A DNA stretch of 64,000 nt, taken from assembly GCA_951406725.2 (NCBI GenBank), contig OX597817.1, positions 68,572,001-68,636,000 of the forward strand, read 5' to 3'. This stretch comes from Octopus vulgaris (lineage: Eukaryota). The notes beneath the pieces were generated by a model. The model searched no databases, was not told the DNA's origin, and worked only from the letters and a program-made list of their open reading frames with translations. Positions 12,375 to 26,339 of this stretch are shown one piece after another. The position numbers were made by a program, and so were the translations under genes. Position 1 is the first letter of the stretch; every line of letters begins with the position of its first letter.

Positions 12375-12720
12375 GCATCTGTGTGATAAGAAGTTTGCTT
12401 CCCAACCAAATGGTTCCAGGTTCGTTCCCATTGCGTAGCATCTTGAGTAAGTGTCTTCTACAGTAACCTCAGTCTGATTAAAGCCTTGTGAGTAGATATA
12501 GAGGGAAACTGAAAAAACCCCGTCGTATTTATATGTATGTGTGTGTGTATGTGATTGTCTCCCCGCCGCATAATAACCGGTGTTGGTTTGGTTTACATCC
12601 CCGTAACTTGGTAGTTTAGCAAAAGAGACTGGTGGGAAAATAAGTACTGGGATAGATTTGTTTGACTAAATCCGACCAAGTCGCTGACCCAGCAAAGCTG
12701 CAGCTCAATGACTGAAGCGA
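12375..12720 (+). mobile_element. SINE family B (diverged)
   Basis: Collinear with 9783-10159. Confidence 0.8.
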
Positions 12721-12746
12721 ATAAATTATTATACATACATACATAC

Positions 12747-12797
<51 letters not shown>

Positions 12798-12800
<3 letters not shown>

Positions 12801-13095
12801 AGAAGATAAAAAATTCAGCTGTCAGTACTTTACATCCAAATTCTGTTTATTCTCCCTTGAATATTTATAGCTACACACGCATACACGGTTTTCATGTTCT
12901 TATATCTTACGACATTTACATTCTATATCATTATTTTTATCATATTTTTTATTATCTTTTATTATTTTTTTTTATTATGTTATTATTTGAATTTTTGATA
13001 TAAAGATGTATTCCATCCAAGTCTTATAAATCACTATAAGTACGATTCCGTTTTCGAATGTAAAGTACTGACAACTGAAATTTTTATCTTCTACA
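12798..13095. mobile_element. AT-rich MITE with ~42-bp TIRs
   Basis: TGTAGAAGATAAAAAATTCAGCTGTCAGTACTTTACAT ... ATGTAAAGTACTGACAACTGAAATTTTTATCTTCTACA. Confidence 0.8.
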
Positions 13096-13112
13096 AAAAA
13101 TTTATATATGTA

Positions 13113-13622
13113 CTAGCAGTATCACCCGGCGTTGCTCGGGTTTGTAAGGGAAATAACTATATAAGCATTTTTAGAGAGTTACTTCCCTTATAGATGCCAA
13201 TTCGGGCTTTCTTAGCCATTTCTGTTTTGGTGTCTTCAAGCCATGAAGTCGTTGTTCTAAAAGAACGCTGGTCTCCTTGACAACGCTTTACGACGTTGAT
13301 TTCCTTACACTCCCTTTCCCACAGCTTCACGAGGGAGGGAAGAAGGGGGAGAAGCAAACAGGTGCAGGTGTGACCATGGACGCCAACTCCGCCGCCATCG
13401 ACACACGAAAAATTATGCATTAAAATGGAATAAAAAATGATGTTAAATTATTTTAAAAATCGTAGACTCATCGTAGACGCGCGCTAATACTCAGATGGGC
13501 TTGATATGAATCACGACTATAAGATACCCGAATTTGGTTAAACTGCACCGCAAAATGTGGGAGTAGTTAGGAATCTAAATCGAAGGGGACAAACACTCAC
13601 ACAACTACAGTTTTATATATAT
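13113..13622 (-). mobile_element. Non-autonomous Helitron (same 3' end as 1640-2010, different interior)
   Basis: Plus strand reads A|CTAGCAGTATCACCCGGCGTTGCTCGGGTTTG, nearly identical to 1640-1672. The far end ACAACTACAGTTTTATATAT resembles 1986-2008. The 5' TC is not clearly retained. Confidence 0.8.
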
Positions 13623-15475
13623 GTATATGCACATGTACATATCCACATCTACACACACATAGACACGCACATATATAAAAGAAATGTATCTTTGTATCAC
13701 GTACTCCCTTTTCCATTTACAAGTTTATAAACTAATATAACATTATATAGAATTGTAGAGTATTTTATGATTGTAGAGTGGGAATTAAGCACTTGAAGTT
13801 GCAACATTCAAGTCCTTCTCGAGAGAATGTAGTAAAATATTTCATTCTGTTAGCATATTAGTGCTAATATATTTGATATAGGGGAGCAATAACTAGAGAT
13901 ATTAGGAGGTGAGAGACTATTGTCAGTTACCAATGTCTTGTTTTTTGTCGACAATTACCGGAAATAACACAGGACATGATTTAATTTGCCCGCGTTAGTA
14001 AGAAATAGATTGTTTCTGTATAGTACTTGCTAAAGCAGTCCTGGATTGGATGAGTGGATTTTCTGTGCGTCAGTAAGTTTAGTTGTCATAACGCATGTAT
14101 TGTTGAAGAGTTATCAATTTTGGTTAGAAACCACATGGGTTTTAAGTTCGATTCCATGATGTGACATCTTGGGCAAGTGTCTTTTACCATAATAAACTAG
14201 AGTAATTGGAAATTAACCACCTTGCTCAAGCAAAAACACTACGAGACGCACTATCATGGAATCAAACCCACGAATCCAACGCCCTGACCCTAGAGAATGT
14301 TTCTTCTCTTTACAGGTCTGAACTATTATCACCAATATAAGAGTTTCAGCTGGAAGAATCGTTAACGCGTTGGACAAATTGCTTAGCGGCATTTTTATAG
14401 GTTTTGAGTTCAAATCCCGATGAGGTCAACTTTAATTTTCATCAAATGGCGGTGCCCCAGCATGGCCACAGCTCATAAGCTGAAACTGGAAAAATCAAAA
14501 TCAAAAATCAAAATCATTTGATGGTAGATAACATAAAATACTAGTCATGTAATAGGTTAATGCAATCAACTGACACTTTTCCCACAAAATTCCTGGCCTT
14601 GCGCTAAAATTTTAAACAATTATCGTCATTGACGAACTGGCAAAATCAATAGAGCATCGGAAGAAATGCTTTGCGGATTCCGTCTGGCTTTTTATGCTTA
14701 GTTCAAATTCTATCCGGGTCAGCTTTAGCTTTCATCCGTGCCGAGACGATAACACGAGTACTAGTCAATGTAATGGAGTCAATGGTTTCGACTAAGATCC
14801 GCCCCTCAAAATTTCCTAAATTCTTAACCATTATTATCACCAATATCAGCTAAAGTAAACTGTATTGCTATACAATTATGTCTACAAAGGTATTTCTTTT
14901 GTATGCGTATATTTTAATATTTAATTTCGTTGCGTTTTTCATCTGATATCGTTTTCTGTGTAACTCACATCATTTCCTGTGTAACTGATATCGTTTTGTT
15001 TAGCTTATAACCGATATCCTTTTCCATATAATTCGTAACTCAGCTAACATATTTCTGAACTTCTTAATGAAGTACCAATTGAAAAAAATTATTTTCATTT
15101 TATTGCGCTTAGTTAATCAACGACACAAAAGAAATTGTAACTTCTTAGATTCAATAGCTTCAAATATATCAAAGCAAACACTTGATTTAACGAAAGATGA
15201 CAAAAACTGCTGTGTGGACCTAATTGGTTCTTTGAAATAAGATATATCGGGTAGTAATGGTGGTGGAATAGCTTGTGTTAGTGATGCAAGATTTATTCTA
15301 TCATAAATAATTTCTGCTCCCGAGATTTGATGTGAACTCATAACCCAAAAGTCAACAATCTGTTATATTGACTCCTAAAAAACATTGGTTCGTTAAGGTG
15401 TAGGACAACAGCAGAAAATATTTCATGTTATGTATTGTGTTCAGATCACTAGTTATCAAATTGGAGAATATCGTA

Positions 15476-15839
15476 CGAGGTCTGATCAATAAGTATTCGG
15501 ACTGTTGACATAGTAGCGAAGCTAAAGCATATAGACTAAAGCCGCTTGGCACAGGTTGACCTTAAACTCTGCTGTGCATCCGTTTGTCATGGCGATTCCT
15601 CTCATATCCAAACATTTATTCACAGTGGACTGAATTTTATGTCATGGTCAATGCGACGTTCACACACTACACACCTTCCTTTCAAGCACTGCAGTAAACA
15701 GCGGAAGTGAGCAAGAACGTTGAAACATAGTGCGCATGCACAACAGAGTTCAAGGTCAATCTACGCCGACCGGCTTCAGGCTGCTTGCTTTAGCTTCGTT
15801 ACTATGGCAATAGTTCTGATACTTATTGATCAGACCACG
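15476..15839. mobile_element. Mariner-type MITE with ~100-bp TIRs
   Basis: TA|CGAGGTCTGATCAATAAGTA...TACTTATTGATCAGACCACG|TA, with long imperfect inverted arms. Confidence 0.88.
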
Positions 15840-16098
15840 TATATATTCGTGTGTCTACGCATGTATAAATATACATAGATACATTGATTCACTCAAATTA
15901 TTAAATTTGTAGTTATATTAAAAGTCATAAAAAACTGGATTTAAGTTTGTGGTAATGTGCTTTTTAAGGATGTTTTTAATATAATTAATAATTTTTAATA
16001 TAGGAAAAATTAGTTTCAGATATTGTGATTGTATGAAGAAAATTTTTTAAATATATACATACATACATATATATGTGTGTGTGTGTGTGTGTGAGTGA

Positions 16099-16151
<53 letters not shown>

Positions 16152-16359
16152 CCGATTGAAAGCGGCTTTTTATATATAAACATTTGACTAGAAAATGATG
16201 AGCTAACCCAAGCCAGAATCGAACCCACAAATCAACGCTTACATATATAAGTATATAATACATGCATATATGATATCTGATATACACGTGCGTGTATATA
16301 TACAGTGAATGGAAGGAATATTTCGTAAGTTATGAGGAAATAAACAAACAATCTCCCAT

Positions 16360-17510
16360 ATTGCAGCGGCCAAAAGTTAAGGGTCACTTAGAAAAAATGA
16401 ACTACTAACCGAGGTATTTGTTGTTTAGAAGATTGTTAATGGGCTAACAGTTACTTCTTATGATCTTACATTCAACTGTCAACATAGCGGCTTGTAAGAA
16501 ACGATTGGTGTCCTGTCATAAAAAAACAAAAACAAAGGATTGTGTCTCTTCACCAAGAAGGTAAGTAAAATTCTGTGAGAGCAACTACTGTAGCAATGTC
16601 TAGAAGTGTTGTGCAACGAATTGTAGATCGTTTTAAGTCATCAGGATCGACAGATGCTAAAACCAAAACCGGTAGATCTCGTAGAACTTCACCAAGACGG
16701 GACCGTACTATGGTTAGAATGCCACTGAAGGATAGATTTAAGTGTGCTGCTGAGATATCCTGCGAGTTTAGCTCCACTTTCGATATCAGCGTATAACACA
16801 AAACAGTTTTTCGGGGGCTACAAGGTTCTGAGTTGCTTGTTCGGGCACCAGCAAAGAAACCTCTGATCTCCAAGAAGAATCAATAATTCGTTTCACTCAC
16901 GAATATGTCGCTTGGATAGAAGAACAGTGGTCGCAGGTTCATTTTAGCAATGAATCGAAGTTTAATGTGAGTGGTTCCGATGGCAGGATGTACGTCCGAT
17001 AAAGTGGCGAAAGGTTATCTCGTGCATGTGTGAAAAAGACAGTGAAATACGGAGGCGGCAGTATAATGGTATGTGGAGTGATCTTTGCTGCAGGTCCTGG
17101 TCCACTTATTCGCCTACAAGGGGCTGTCAATGCTAAAATCTACAAGAAGATTCTTAGACAGCATGCCCTGCCACATTTCCGATCCTCGTCAGTTCAACCT
17201 CCTATCTTCGTGCAGGACAACGCTCCCTGTCACACTGCGAAGAGAGTCAAAGAATTTTTTGAGTGATGAAGGAGTTAATCTCATAGACTGGCCACCTCAA
17301 AATCCCGATCTCAACTCTATAGAAAACGTTTGGAAGATTATTGGAGATGGGGCACGAAAGAGGAATCCAAAGGACCAAGATGAACTCTTGGAATTATTGA
17401 AAAACGAATGGAACAATATTACTCCATCATTTTGCAAGTAATTAATTCAGTCCCGTGGTAACAGATGTCAGGAGTTCATTGATAGTAAAGAGATGTTCAC
17501 AAAATATTAA
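16360..17510 (+). pseudogene. Tc1-like (DD34E) transposon with disrupted transposase
   Basis: HTH region (SRSVVQRIVDRFKSSGST..GRSRRTS), KKPLIS, WSQVHFSNESKFN, TVKYGGGSIMV, FVQDNAPCH, WPPQNPDLNSIENVW, ending FTKY* at 17510. Several stops and frameshifts. TIR-like GCGGCCAAAAGTTAAGGGTCACT near 16365; the right TIR is not evident. Confidence 0.92.
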
Positions 17511-17584
17511 TAGTAAGGGTTTCTTTTTTTTGTTCTTGTTCCATTTTTCATTGTTTTTCTAAGTGCTCCATAACATTCAGACAC

Positions 17585-17915
17585 AGGCGTGGCTGTGTGG
17601 TAATTTTGCTTCCGAACCACATGGTTTTGGGTCCATTCCCAGCGCGTGGAACGATGGGCAAGTGAATTTAGTTGACAGAAAAGGAAAGAAGTCCATCGTG
17701 TTCATAAATATTTCGATATCTATTTCTATGTGCGTTTTGTGTTTATCTTCCCTCACAGTTTGACAACCAGTGTTGATTTGTGTACGTCCCAATAAATTAG
17801 CGGTTTGGTAAAAAAAGAGAACGAAATAATAAGTACCAAGCTTCAAAAAACAGAAAAAAAGGACTCCGGTTGATGGGTTTGACTAACCCCTTGAAGGCGC
17901 TGCCCCAGCATGGCA
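17585..17915 (+). mobile_element. SINE family B
   Basis: Collinear with other B copies. Confidence 0.8.
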
Positions 17916-18003
17916 AATATAATGTAACTCTCAATACTTTTACAACGTTTTACCATGGATATACGACATAGTGCCAAGCCATTGACAATATACGAACCAA
18001 CGA

Positions 18004-18221
18004 AGGTGACGGGCTAGCAGAATGGTTAGTATGCCAAGCGAAATGCTTAGCGGTATTTCGCCCGTCTTAACGTTCTGAGTTCAAATTCCGCCGAGGTTGA
18101 CTTTTGCTTTTCACCCTTTCAAGGCCGATGAATAAGTACCAGTTAGGCACTGGGATCGATGTAATCGGCTTGCGCTCTCCCCCACCCCCGAAATTGCTAG
18201 CCTAGCGCCAAAATTTGAAAC
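18004..18221 (+). mobile_element. SINE family A with 18-bp TSD
   Basis: TSD CAATATACGAACCAACGA at 17986-18003 and 18222-18239. Confidence 0.9.
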
Positions 18222-18424
18222 CAATATACGAACCAACGAGCATTGATACGGAAGTTCAACAAACTTATTCGAAACTTTCATTCAATTCGTTGTTTTACAT
18301 TCGTAATTGCAACACTTCATTTGCGTCTTCTTCCTGACTTTTTTTTAATCTCGAGCCCTAAAACTATAACGTCGGTCACCCGGTTTCCATGGCGTATAAA
18401 TCACTAAAGTAACAACGTTCCTCT

Positions 18425-18613
18425 GAATCAATTTTGAGGGTAGGGGTCCAGTCGATCACACTGACCCCAGTACCTGAATAGTATTTTTTTATTTTGATCC
18501 CGAAGAGGCGAAAGGAAAAGTTGACTTCGGCGGGATTTGAACTCTGAAGATAAAGAGCAAGAAGAAAAACTGCTAAACATTTTGTCCGATGTGCTAACGA
18601 TTCTGCCACCGAG
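18425..18613 (-). mobile_element. SINE family A
   Basis: Reverse complement of the family A body and head. Confidence 0.8.
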
Positions 18614-19459
18614 CCGTTTTTTTTTTCTCCTCACTCCACCAACACTAAACTCTCTCTTCCTCTCTCTTCATATCTCTCACTCCCTCACTTCTCTTTCTCC
18701 TTCTCTCATTTCTATTTCTCCCTCTCTCCCTCTCTCTCTCTCTCTCTCTCCTTTTCTTCCCCTCTCAATAACCAATTAACTAATCAACCACAGAACCACC
18801 GAAAACAGAAGAAAAGACGAACTACCACATCTCTCGTTCCCCCTATATTCTTCATATTACACAGTTTTCACAGACGGCTTGCTTAATAGAAACTGACACA
18901 GATTATATCAAGTTATTTACGTTAAACTTTATTTTGTTCCACTATAAAAGTGTCTACGCGTGTGCGCATGCGCATGTGTGTGTGTGTGTGCCCATGTGTG
19001 CGTATGTCTTTAGTATACCAGAGAATCGGTTCCTATTATGTGTTTGAGTGTATGTAACAGCGAGTATAAATCGAACTTCGTCTTCATTACGTGTGTGAGA
19101 GTGTGTGTGTGTGTGTGTGTGTGCATGTAAAATAATCACTCGTAATTTATAAGAAATTTCCATTGTGTCCTTCGTTTTTATACAATGGCTGCGTTTTAGT
19201 TAAGTAACTGCCAGAAAATTTTAGTCCACAAAATTATATTAACTGGAACGACAAGAGCAACAACGCTAACGCTAGCTAGAGAGTGGAGTTAAATGTAAAA
19301 GAATAGACAGCAAATAAACAAACCATTACAATTTTGAACAAAATAAAGTGCCAAAGCAAAAAGTCGTAAGAATATTTGATAACTGATAATGTCTGTACAT
19401 ATAAATGTATGTACAAGTTTCTGTGTGATTGCAAATCTGCGTGAATCTATCTGCTTACA

Positions 19460-19513
19460 TGTGTATACATACACACACATACGTGTATGTACATATATAC
19501 ATATATATATATG

Positions 19514-19577
<64 letters not shown>

Positions 19578-19920
19578 CACACACACACATGTATATATGT
19601 ATGTACGTGCGCTTGCATGCTGCTTTGTTATGTTATGGTGGTATATGTATTGATTAATATGTATTATACGTATGTGTGTATGTATGTATGTATATAGGCA
19701 TTGAAACGTGAGTATATGCGAATATTAAAATGTGCATATATATGCATATATATGTGTACACATATCTGGATATGCACACACGTATACATACATACACACT
19801 CACACATATACACGTACATCATACATATACAGATAAATATGCACAAATATACACAAATATGTAAATAGGTAGAGATGTATGCATGTATGCATGTGTGTAT
19901 GTATGCATATGTGTATATGC
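19460..19920. repeat. Compound (TA)n/(CA)n/(TATG)n low-complexity tract
   Basis: Direct inspection. Confidence 0.9.
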
Positions 19921-20245
19921 AGTTTCCAGTGTGCGAATGCACCTGTGAACGTCTATTTGTACTTCTATGTGTGTACACTCATGTCTGCGCATGACATTAA
20001 AGACGCATAGTGTTTCCTGTCTATGAGCGTATACTTGTTACTGGTTTGTTTTTTTCGGATGTATGTATGTGTGAGTTTGTGTGTGTGACTTAGTGTGTGG
20101 CGAAACATACACAAACGTCTCGCGCGCACACACGTGTGTGTGTGGGTGTGTGAAAGTCAAGTGGAACAATTAGCTGTCTATTGTTATAGCTTGTAAATGA
20201 GACAATTTCAGAAGCTTGATGCATGCATCCATTGAACTGTAACGT

Positions 20246-20296
<51 letters not shown>

Positions 20297-20524
20297 TGTG
20301 GCGTAAAGAAGAAAGGTAGACAGAAAGAAGGTACAGTGGAGGAAAGGTGTGAAGCAAAAAAAAAAAGAGCTAGAAGGTTGAGAAGACGGAGATGGAGAAG
20401 AGGAAGATGATTTGAAAAGAGGGGTGAGTTTGTTAGCGACACTAACAACTTGTCTAGAGAATCTCGGTTTTATTTTTAGATTTAGAGGGTAGCAGGAAGA
20501 GGTGGAAGATAGGGTTTAACTAAC

Positions 20525-20591
<67 letters not shown>

Positions 20592-20600
20592 GAGAGACAG
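20525..20600. repeat. (AG)n(AGAC)n microsatellite
   Basis: Direct inspection. Confidence 0.95.
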
Positions 20601-20765
20601 AGAAGAGAAATGTAAGATGAAGAGGATGAAAAGTTTGGAGATTGGGGGGAAAGAAATAGAAATGGTGGTAACCGTTTCATTAGCGGAACTAAAAGAAATG
20701 ACGGAGCAGTTAAGATACACATAGACAATTATATCCGTGTGTATCTGTACGTATATATATGCGTG

Positions 20766-21021
<256 letters not shown>

Positions 21022-21079
21022 TGTCTGTCTGTCTGTATGTATGTATGTATGTGTCTGTGTGTGTATGCATTTTTCACTA

Positions 21080-22450
21080 ATGGAATAACTGACCGATACG
21101 CATCCCGATTTTTGAAACAATAGACGAAGACAATAAAAGCTTTACGGTCAAACAAGAGAATGATGGATTAAGTTTGTATATATTTTTTGCAACTCTCTCC
21201 CTTTTCTCCCCTGTTCTCTCTCTCTCTCACTGCCTCTCTCTCTCTCTCACTGTCTCTCTCTCTCTCATCCTCCTTCCCTTCTATCTGCTGCCCACACGTG
21301 ACCCGTGACTGATTTTCTATTTTCTCTGCCTTTTGTTGTTGGTGTCTTTATTTTCCTAGCGTGCTGGTCTACTTTTTCTCCTCTCTTTCTACTTCTCTTT
21401 TTATATCCATTTGAGGATTTCTTAATCCATCATTCTTGTTATTGATCGTAAGGCATTATTTATTGTCTTCGTCTATCGTTTCAAATTACATTTGTCTACT
21501 TTCATACGTCCACATTGTATTGTTTTGTTCGCTCGAGCCGTAATTCTACGCAAATCTTACGGGTGCCGCTCATATACGAAGTTCCTAGTCTTATGTTGAA
21601 GGCACGAAACTGGATATTAGTAACTTTGGTAGATAACTAAGGAAGGAGTCGGATCCTTGTGTCTGTTCTACGCGTACATGGAATAACTGAACGGTGGAGG
21701 CACATGGCCTAGTGGTTAGAACAGCGGACTCGCGGTCGGGGGGATCGCAAGTTCGAATCTCAGACCGGGCGATGTGTGTGTTTATGAGCGAAGCACCTAA
21801 GCTCCACGCAGCTCCGGCAGAAGGTAATGGTGAACCTCTGCTGACTCTTTCGCCACAACTTTCTCTCACTCTTTCCTCTTGCAGCTCTCCTGCGATGGAC
21901 CGGTGTCCGTCCAGGTGGGGAACCTATACGCCAAGGAAACCGGGAAACCGGCCCTTATGAGCCAGGCGTGGCTCGAGAAGGAACAAACAACAATAACTGA
22001 ACGCCACACATCTCAACTTTTGTTAACGGTAAGTTTGTATATATTTTTTTGCGACTCTTGTCCTAATATTCCTTTCCTAGCATCCCAGCTTCCTCTCTCT
22101 CTCTGTTCTGTCTCATCCTCCTTTCCTTCTATCTGCTTCCCACACGTGACTGATTTTCTGTTTTTGTTTTCATTTGAAGATTTCTTCCAGGCGTTAATCC
22201 ATCATTCTCGTGTTTGACCGTAAAGCTTTATCTATTGTTTTCGTCTGTCGTCTCAAATTATATTTATTTACTTTTGTACGTCCACCCTTTATTGTTTTGT
22301 TCGCTCGAGCCCTAATACTACGCAAATCTTACGAGTGCCGCTGATATACGAAGTTCCCAGTCTTATTGTTAAAGGCACGAAACTGGGTATTAGTATTTTT
22401 GGTCGATAACTGAGGAAGGATTAGGGTCCTTGTGTCTGTCTAGTGTGTAC
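21080..22450 (+). repeat. Tandem duplication of a ~450-600-bp unit with a short inverted internal copy
   Basis: Units start TGGAATAACTGA at 21081 and 21680 and share AAGTTTGTATATATTTTTTGC, CCCACACGTGAC, TTAATCCATCATTC, GTTCGCTCGAGCC and GGCACGAAACTGG. Segment 21113-21172 is the reverse complement of 21421-21486. Confidence 0.8.
21695..21991 (+). mobile_element. SINE family C (tRNA head GGCACATGGCCTAGTGGTTAG..GTTCGAATC; central GCGATGGACCGGTGTCCGTCCAGG)
   Basis: Clear A box and B box. TSD AATAACTGAACG at about 21683-21694 and 21992-22003. Confidence 0.9.
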
Positions 22451-22879
22451 GTTTTGTAGTATTTAATGTATTTTCCATTCATACAAACACACACACACGT
22501 GCACAAACATATAATGTTGTTAAAGCATCGGATTCAATGCCTTGGAGTAACTGTAGCAACTCAGTGCGACCTGTGTTAAAATTCCGCTGAGTTCAACCTC
22601 TTTTCGCATCTTTTCGGCATAAGTAAATGAAGTTCCATTTCAGTACTGCGGTTGATCTTTTCTTCTTCCTACACTCTCATCCTCCCTCTCATCTTCTCTC
22701 TGGAGGAAATCATCTGTTTTAATCTGTGAAGGAATGCAGCCCACCTAGATTAAAATGTGCAAGACATGCACTGGGTATTTACTGACTGAAACAGAAAATG
22801 ACCCAACGTAAGGTTACATGGCGGCCACCAAACTTTAACTCTCATTCCTCTTTCGTGCTTGTAGTCAGCATTAACATAG

Positions 22880-23255
22880 CAGATTCCAATTCACTATAGC
22901 AAATGAGAAAGCATATCTCTGGTCACCATGCAAAGCGATTCAGCTTCTAGAACATAGCAGATTCTTTCGTGTTCAGGATAGACAACGAATTAAGAATTTG
23001 AGGCGTATTATCAGTGGCTGCTGGAAAGGAAAATACTCGTGAGTCAAACGTTATTAGGATATCCGAGTCCGCCCAACAGACCCAGTTTATCATCAGTGAC
23101 AACCACAGTAGTTCAACGAGAGCCATCGCAAATCACCTCGAGTTGACGGAGTTCATTAACTGACGTGAAATGTACGAGGACATCAGGTGCAAACATTACG
23201 CGGAGAAGAAACGATAGGTCAAGTCCGATAAGACACACGAGAACTGTATGATGAT
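22880..23255 (+). pseudogene. Tc1/mariner-superfamily (maT/DD37D-like) transposase N-terminal remnant
   Basis: Read by eye: SNVIRISESAQQTQFIISDNHSSSTRAIANHLELTEF..YEDIRCKHY..SDKTHEN, the second-HTH region typical of maT-like transposases. Contains stops; no catalytic domain seen. Confidence 0.55.
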
Positions 23256-24850
23256 GTGTCCTCCTGACACTTTTTTGAACTGCTGTGTCTGAGGCGTTAT
23301 CGACTAAGAAACCGACCTGCAGCACCACGATGCCGTTGTGGTGGTATGGATGATAATCAACTGATCCTAGCACATCAGGACCAACCATCATTGAGTCTAT
23401 AAGTGGTCTGGTTCTATGACCTGTTTCTTTGGTATATCTAGCTGCACGTGTGTGAGGGCTTTTCTGGAAGTATCTTTATTTTCCTTTATTTTCCCCTTTA
23501 TCAGACACTGTACAGAGTTTTAGAGTAACTAGATTACTTTCAACTAATTACCCATAGCCGAGAGGCTTGCTTGTTGACATAGGAAAGGTCTCCAGTAAAT
23601 CTGGTCTTTACGAAGTATCTAATTATGACTTTTTATGTTCTAAGTTCAAATCCCACCGAGGCTTTGCAGGGTCGATAAAATTAAATAATAGTCAAGAAGG
23701 CGAGTTTATCAATTAACACACAATGTAACTTAAAATGTGTTGCCTGTTCCTCCCCTTATTAGATATTATTAGCAAGGCAGAGATTGATAGATAGCAAAAT
23801 CAGTAGGGTGCCAGATGAAATGGTTTCATTTATTTAGCTATGTGTCCTTACGTCATCCTTTCGGTTCACCGGTGGTCGGTAATATAATTATCAGTAATAT
23901 ACAAGATCATATACAATCGACTGAATTCTTTCTTGATGCACTCATGGTTTTGTGCCTATTTAAGAAATATTTTGTTATGGCTTAATAAGGATAAGAAAGT
24001 CAGTGTCACAATTTTCAGGGCTTCTATGATTAGTGGGAGAAAGCCATCTCAAGAGTGAAGACCTGGCTCGTATGTTTCCAACTGAGAGAAGTTTACACAC
24101 AAGGAATCCAAAGATGACAAAGTGGTGGTGCTAAACCGTCGATGGAATAAGTCAAACACACAAAAAAAAGCAACAGCTGAAATGATAAGTTGTTAAATTA
24201 CATAAATATCTAGCAACACTTAGCTATAAGGCTCTTTATTTTGTCTTGGAATACAATCCAGGTTCGATTGATAAATTAAGTACTTGTAATATTTTGGTAT
24301 TAATTCAGTTGACTGAATCCGCTTCTCTACAAATTAGTGCCCTTGTATTGAGTTGTCAGATAAATTCGTTAGTTTTTGTTTGTTTTTTTTTGGGGCTTGA
24401 CACTCCGTCATATGTCTGAAAAGAAGTAAAATCTAAATAAGTTTCAGAAAAGATAAACAAAAGTTGTAGAAGAAGAATGGAGCTACAAAGAAACATAAAA
24501 TATCAGGATAAAAATATTTTTCGTGTTAAATCAATAAAACATTGGGAAGGATTAAAATAAATAATGGTGCGGGGCACGAACGAACTTATCTGACAACCTG
24601 ATATATATGTAATAAATACTGAGCGGTAATTTCTGACGTCGATAAAAGGCCTAAAAGTTTTCGATTATAGCAGTTCCACTACTTGACTTGTATGTTATTG
24701 TATGGCTCAGACTTCATCGAGATTTATACTCAAAACATAACGTGTAGAAAAATGTATCGCAAAGCAATGTTTGACACTCTAGGGCTTCTGCCAAACCTAA
24801 CTACTAGGCCCGACAGATTTATCAAGAAATGAACATTATATATATATTAA

Positions 24851-25049
24851 CCCTTTCGTTACTGTATTTATTTAGAGCTCAGTTACTTTAAATGTAACAA
24901 AGAAATCAGTAAAATAACTTAGCTATCATTCAGCTAGTGTTAGGAACATAAATTGTGACTAAGGTTTGGTGGAAGATGTTAATTCAAAACTTATGAAAAC
25001 AAGATATTTGTAATCAGAGCCGGTTTCAGTCAGGTTGGTAACGAAAGGG
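24851..25049. mobile_element. piggyBac-like MITE
   Basis: TTAA|CCCTTTCGTTAC ... GTAACGAAAGGG|TTAA. Confidence 0.88.
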
Positions 25050-25271
25050 TTAAGCAGTGGGATAGTTGATTAGTAAGACCATTAGAGCGCTGAATAACAC
25101 TTCTTGCAGTATTTAGTTGCAATTCATTACGTTCTGAGTTCAAATTCCATCGAAGTCAACTTTACCTTCAGCATTCCGAGATGGGTAAAATGAAATACTA
25201 GTCAAATTAATCAACTGCTCCTCTTTCTTAATTCTGCAACCTTGTATCTAGGATAAAGGCAATTATTAGTA

Positions 25272-26274
25272 CAGGTACACAATCCTTTATCCGGGACCCT
25301 TGGGGACAGTTGCGTTCTGAATTTCGGATTTTTTCAGATTTCAGAACAAAAGCCAGCTGCCCCAGATTGTAAACTTGACATCAAAACAGACGTTCTACTA
25401 TGGTATCAAAAGTACATGGGAAAAATAAAGATTACAAATATTATTACAATTTATTTATAGAGTAATATACTGGTAAATGAAATAGTGGGATAATCAAGAT
25501 CACAAATAACAAACTACATATAGTGGGATAATTTAAAACAAAAGTACATAATTCACAAGTACAGGTAGATACATGCCCACAATATTTCTGTACAGAGACG
25601 CATAAGTATTCACACTAATTTGAATAAAGAAAAACTACAAATGGTATTATAGTTTATTCATAAGCTAGAGTCATAAACTGGTTCAAACTAGGATAAATAT
25701 GAAGCTACATAGATGCTCATGTGATGAAGTAGCACTGCCAGAGGGGGCATTTTTAAAGACTGATTTAATTGTTATATGTTTCATTAGTATAGTTTTTCGT
25801 TTTTTTAATTGAGTAAAATCCCATAATCTGTTGCTCACTGATAAATACACGTTGTTAAGGCCAGCTATTACCTGATCACAAATTTCCACCATATCGTCTG
25901 TAGGAATTTCTTCACCTGTGTGCTTTAACAGTTTCCTCACCACTCAAGGAATGCACAACAGGGGCAGCATTGTCGCTGTTATCTATTGGGGTATCTGCAA
26001 TTCCTTTTGAAATTTTCAGGGCAAATTATATACAAAGTCGCAAGAAACAACACAAAGACAGCAAACAACAAAAGGACGTCTTCTCTCTACGAGTGCCGAG
26101 TCACACATGACGCTTGGCAGTAAGTGGTGGCCGACCTGCCGAGCATTACCACGTCATACCTGAGTAAAGCGGGTCACGGTGGTCAGCTATATGCGCTCCA
26201 CCTTCCACAAAATTAAGTTTGGTTTTTTTGAGCTTTTTGGATTTTAGATTTCCGGATAAAGGATTGTGTACCTG
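25272..26274 (-). mobile_element. pogo/Tigger-like internally deleted DNA transposon
   Basis: TA|CAGGTACACAATCCTTTATCCGG ... CCGGATAAAGGATTGTGTACCTG|TA (23-bp perfect TIR). Minus-strand remnant EEIPTDDMVEICDQVIAGL resembles a pogo-family transposase C-terminus. Confidence 0.88.
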
Positions 26275-26339
26275 TAAGACTGAGAATTAGGTGTAGCAGA
26301 AATAAATTTCATTACAGTATTTACTTTTGTCCCAGTCCA

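Noticed and set aside
21695-21770. tRNA genes at SINE heads (also 29950, 39985-40055, 9783)
   Set aside because: A/B boxes are present, but the sequence continues into SINE bodies, some with TSDs, and the acceptor stems do not close.
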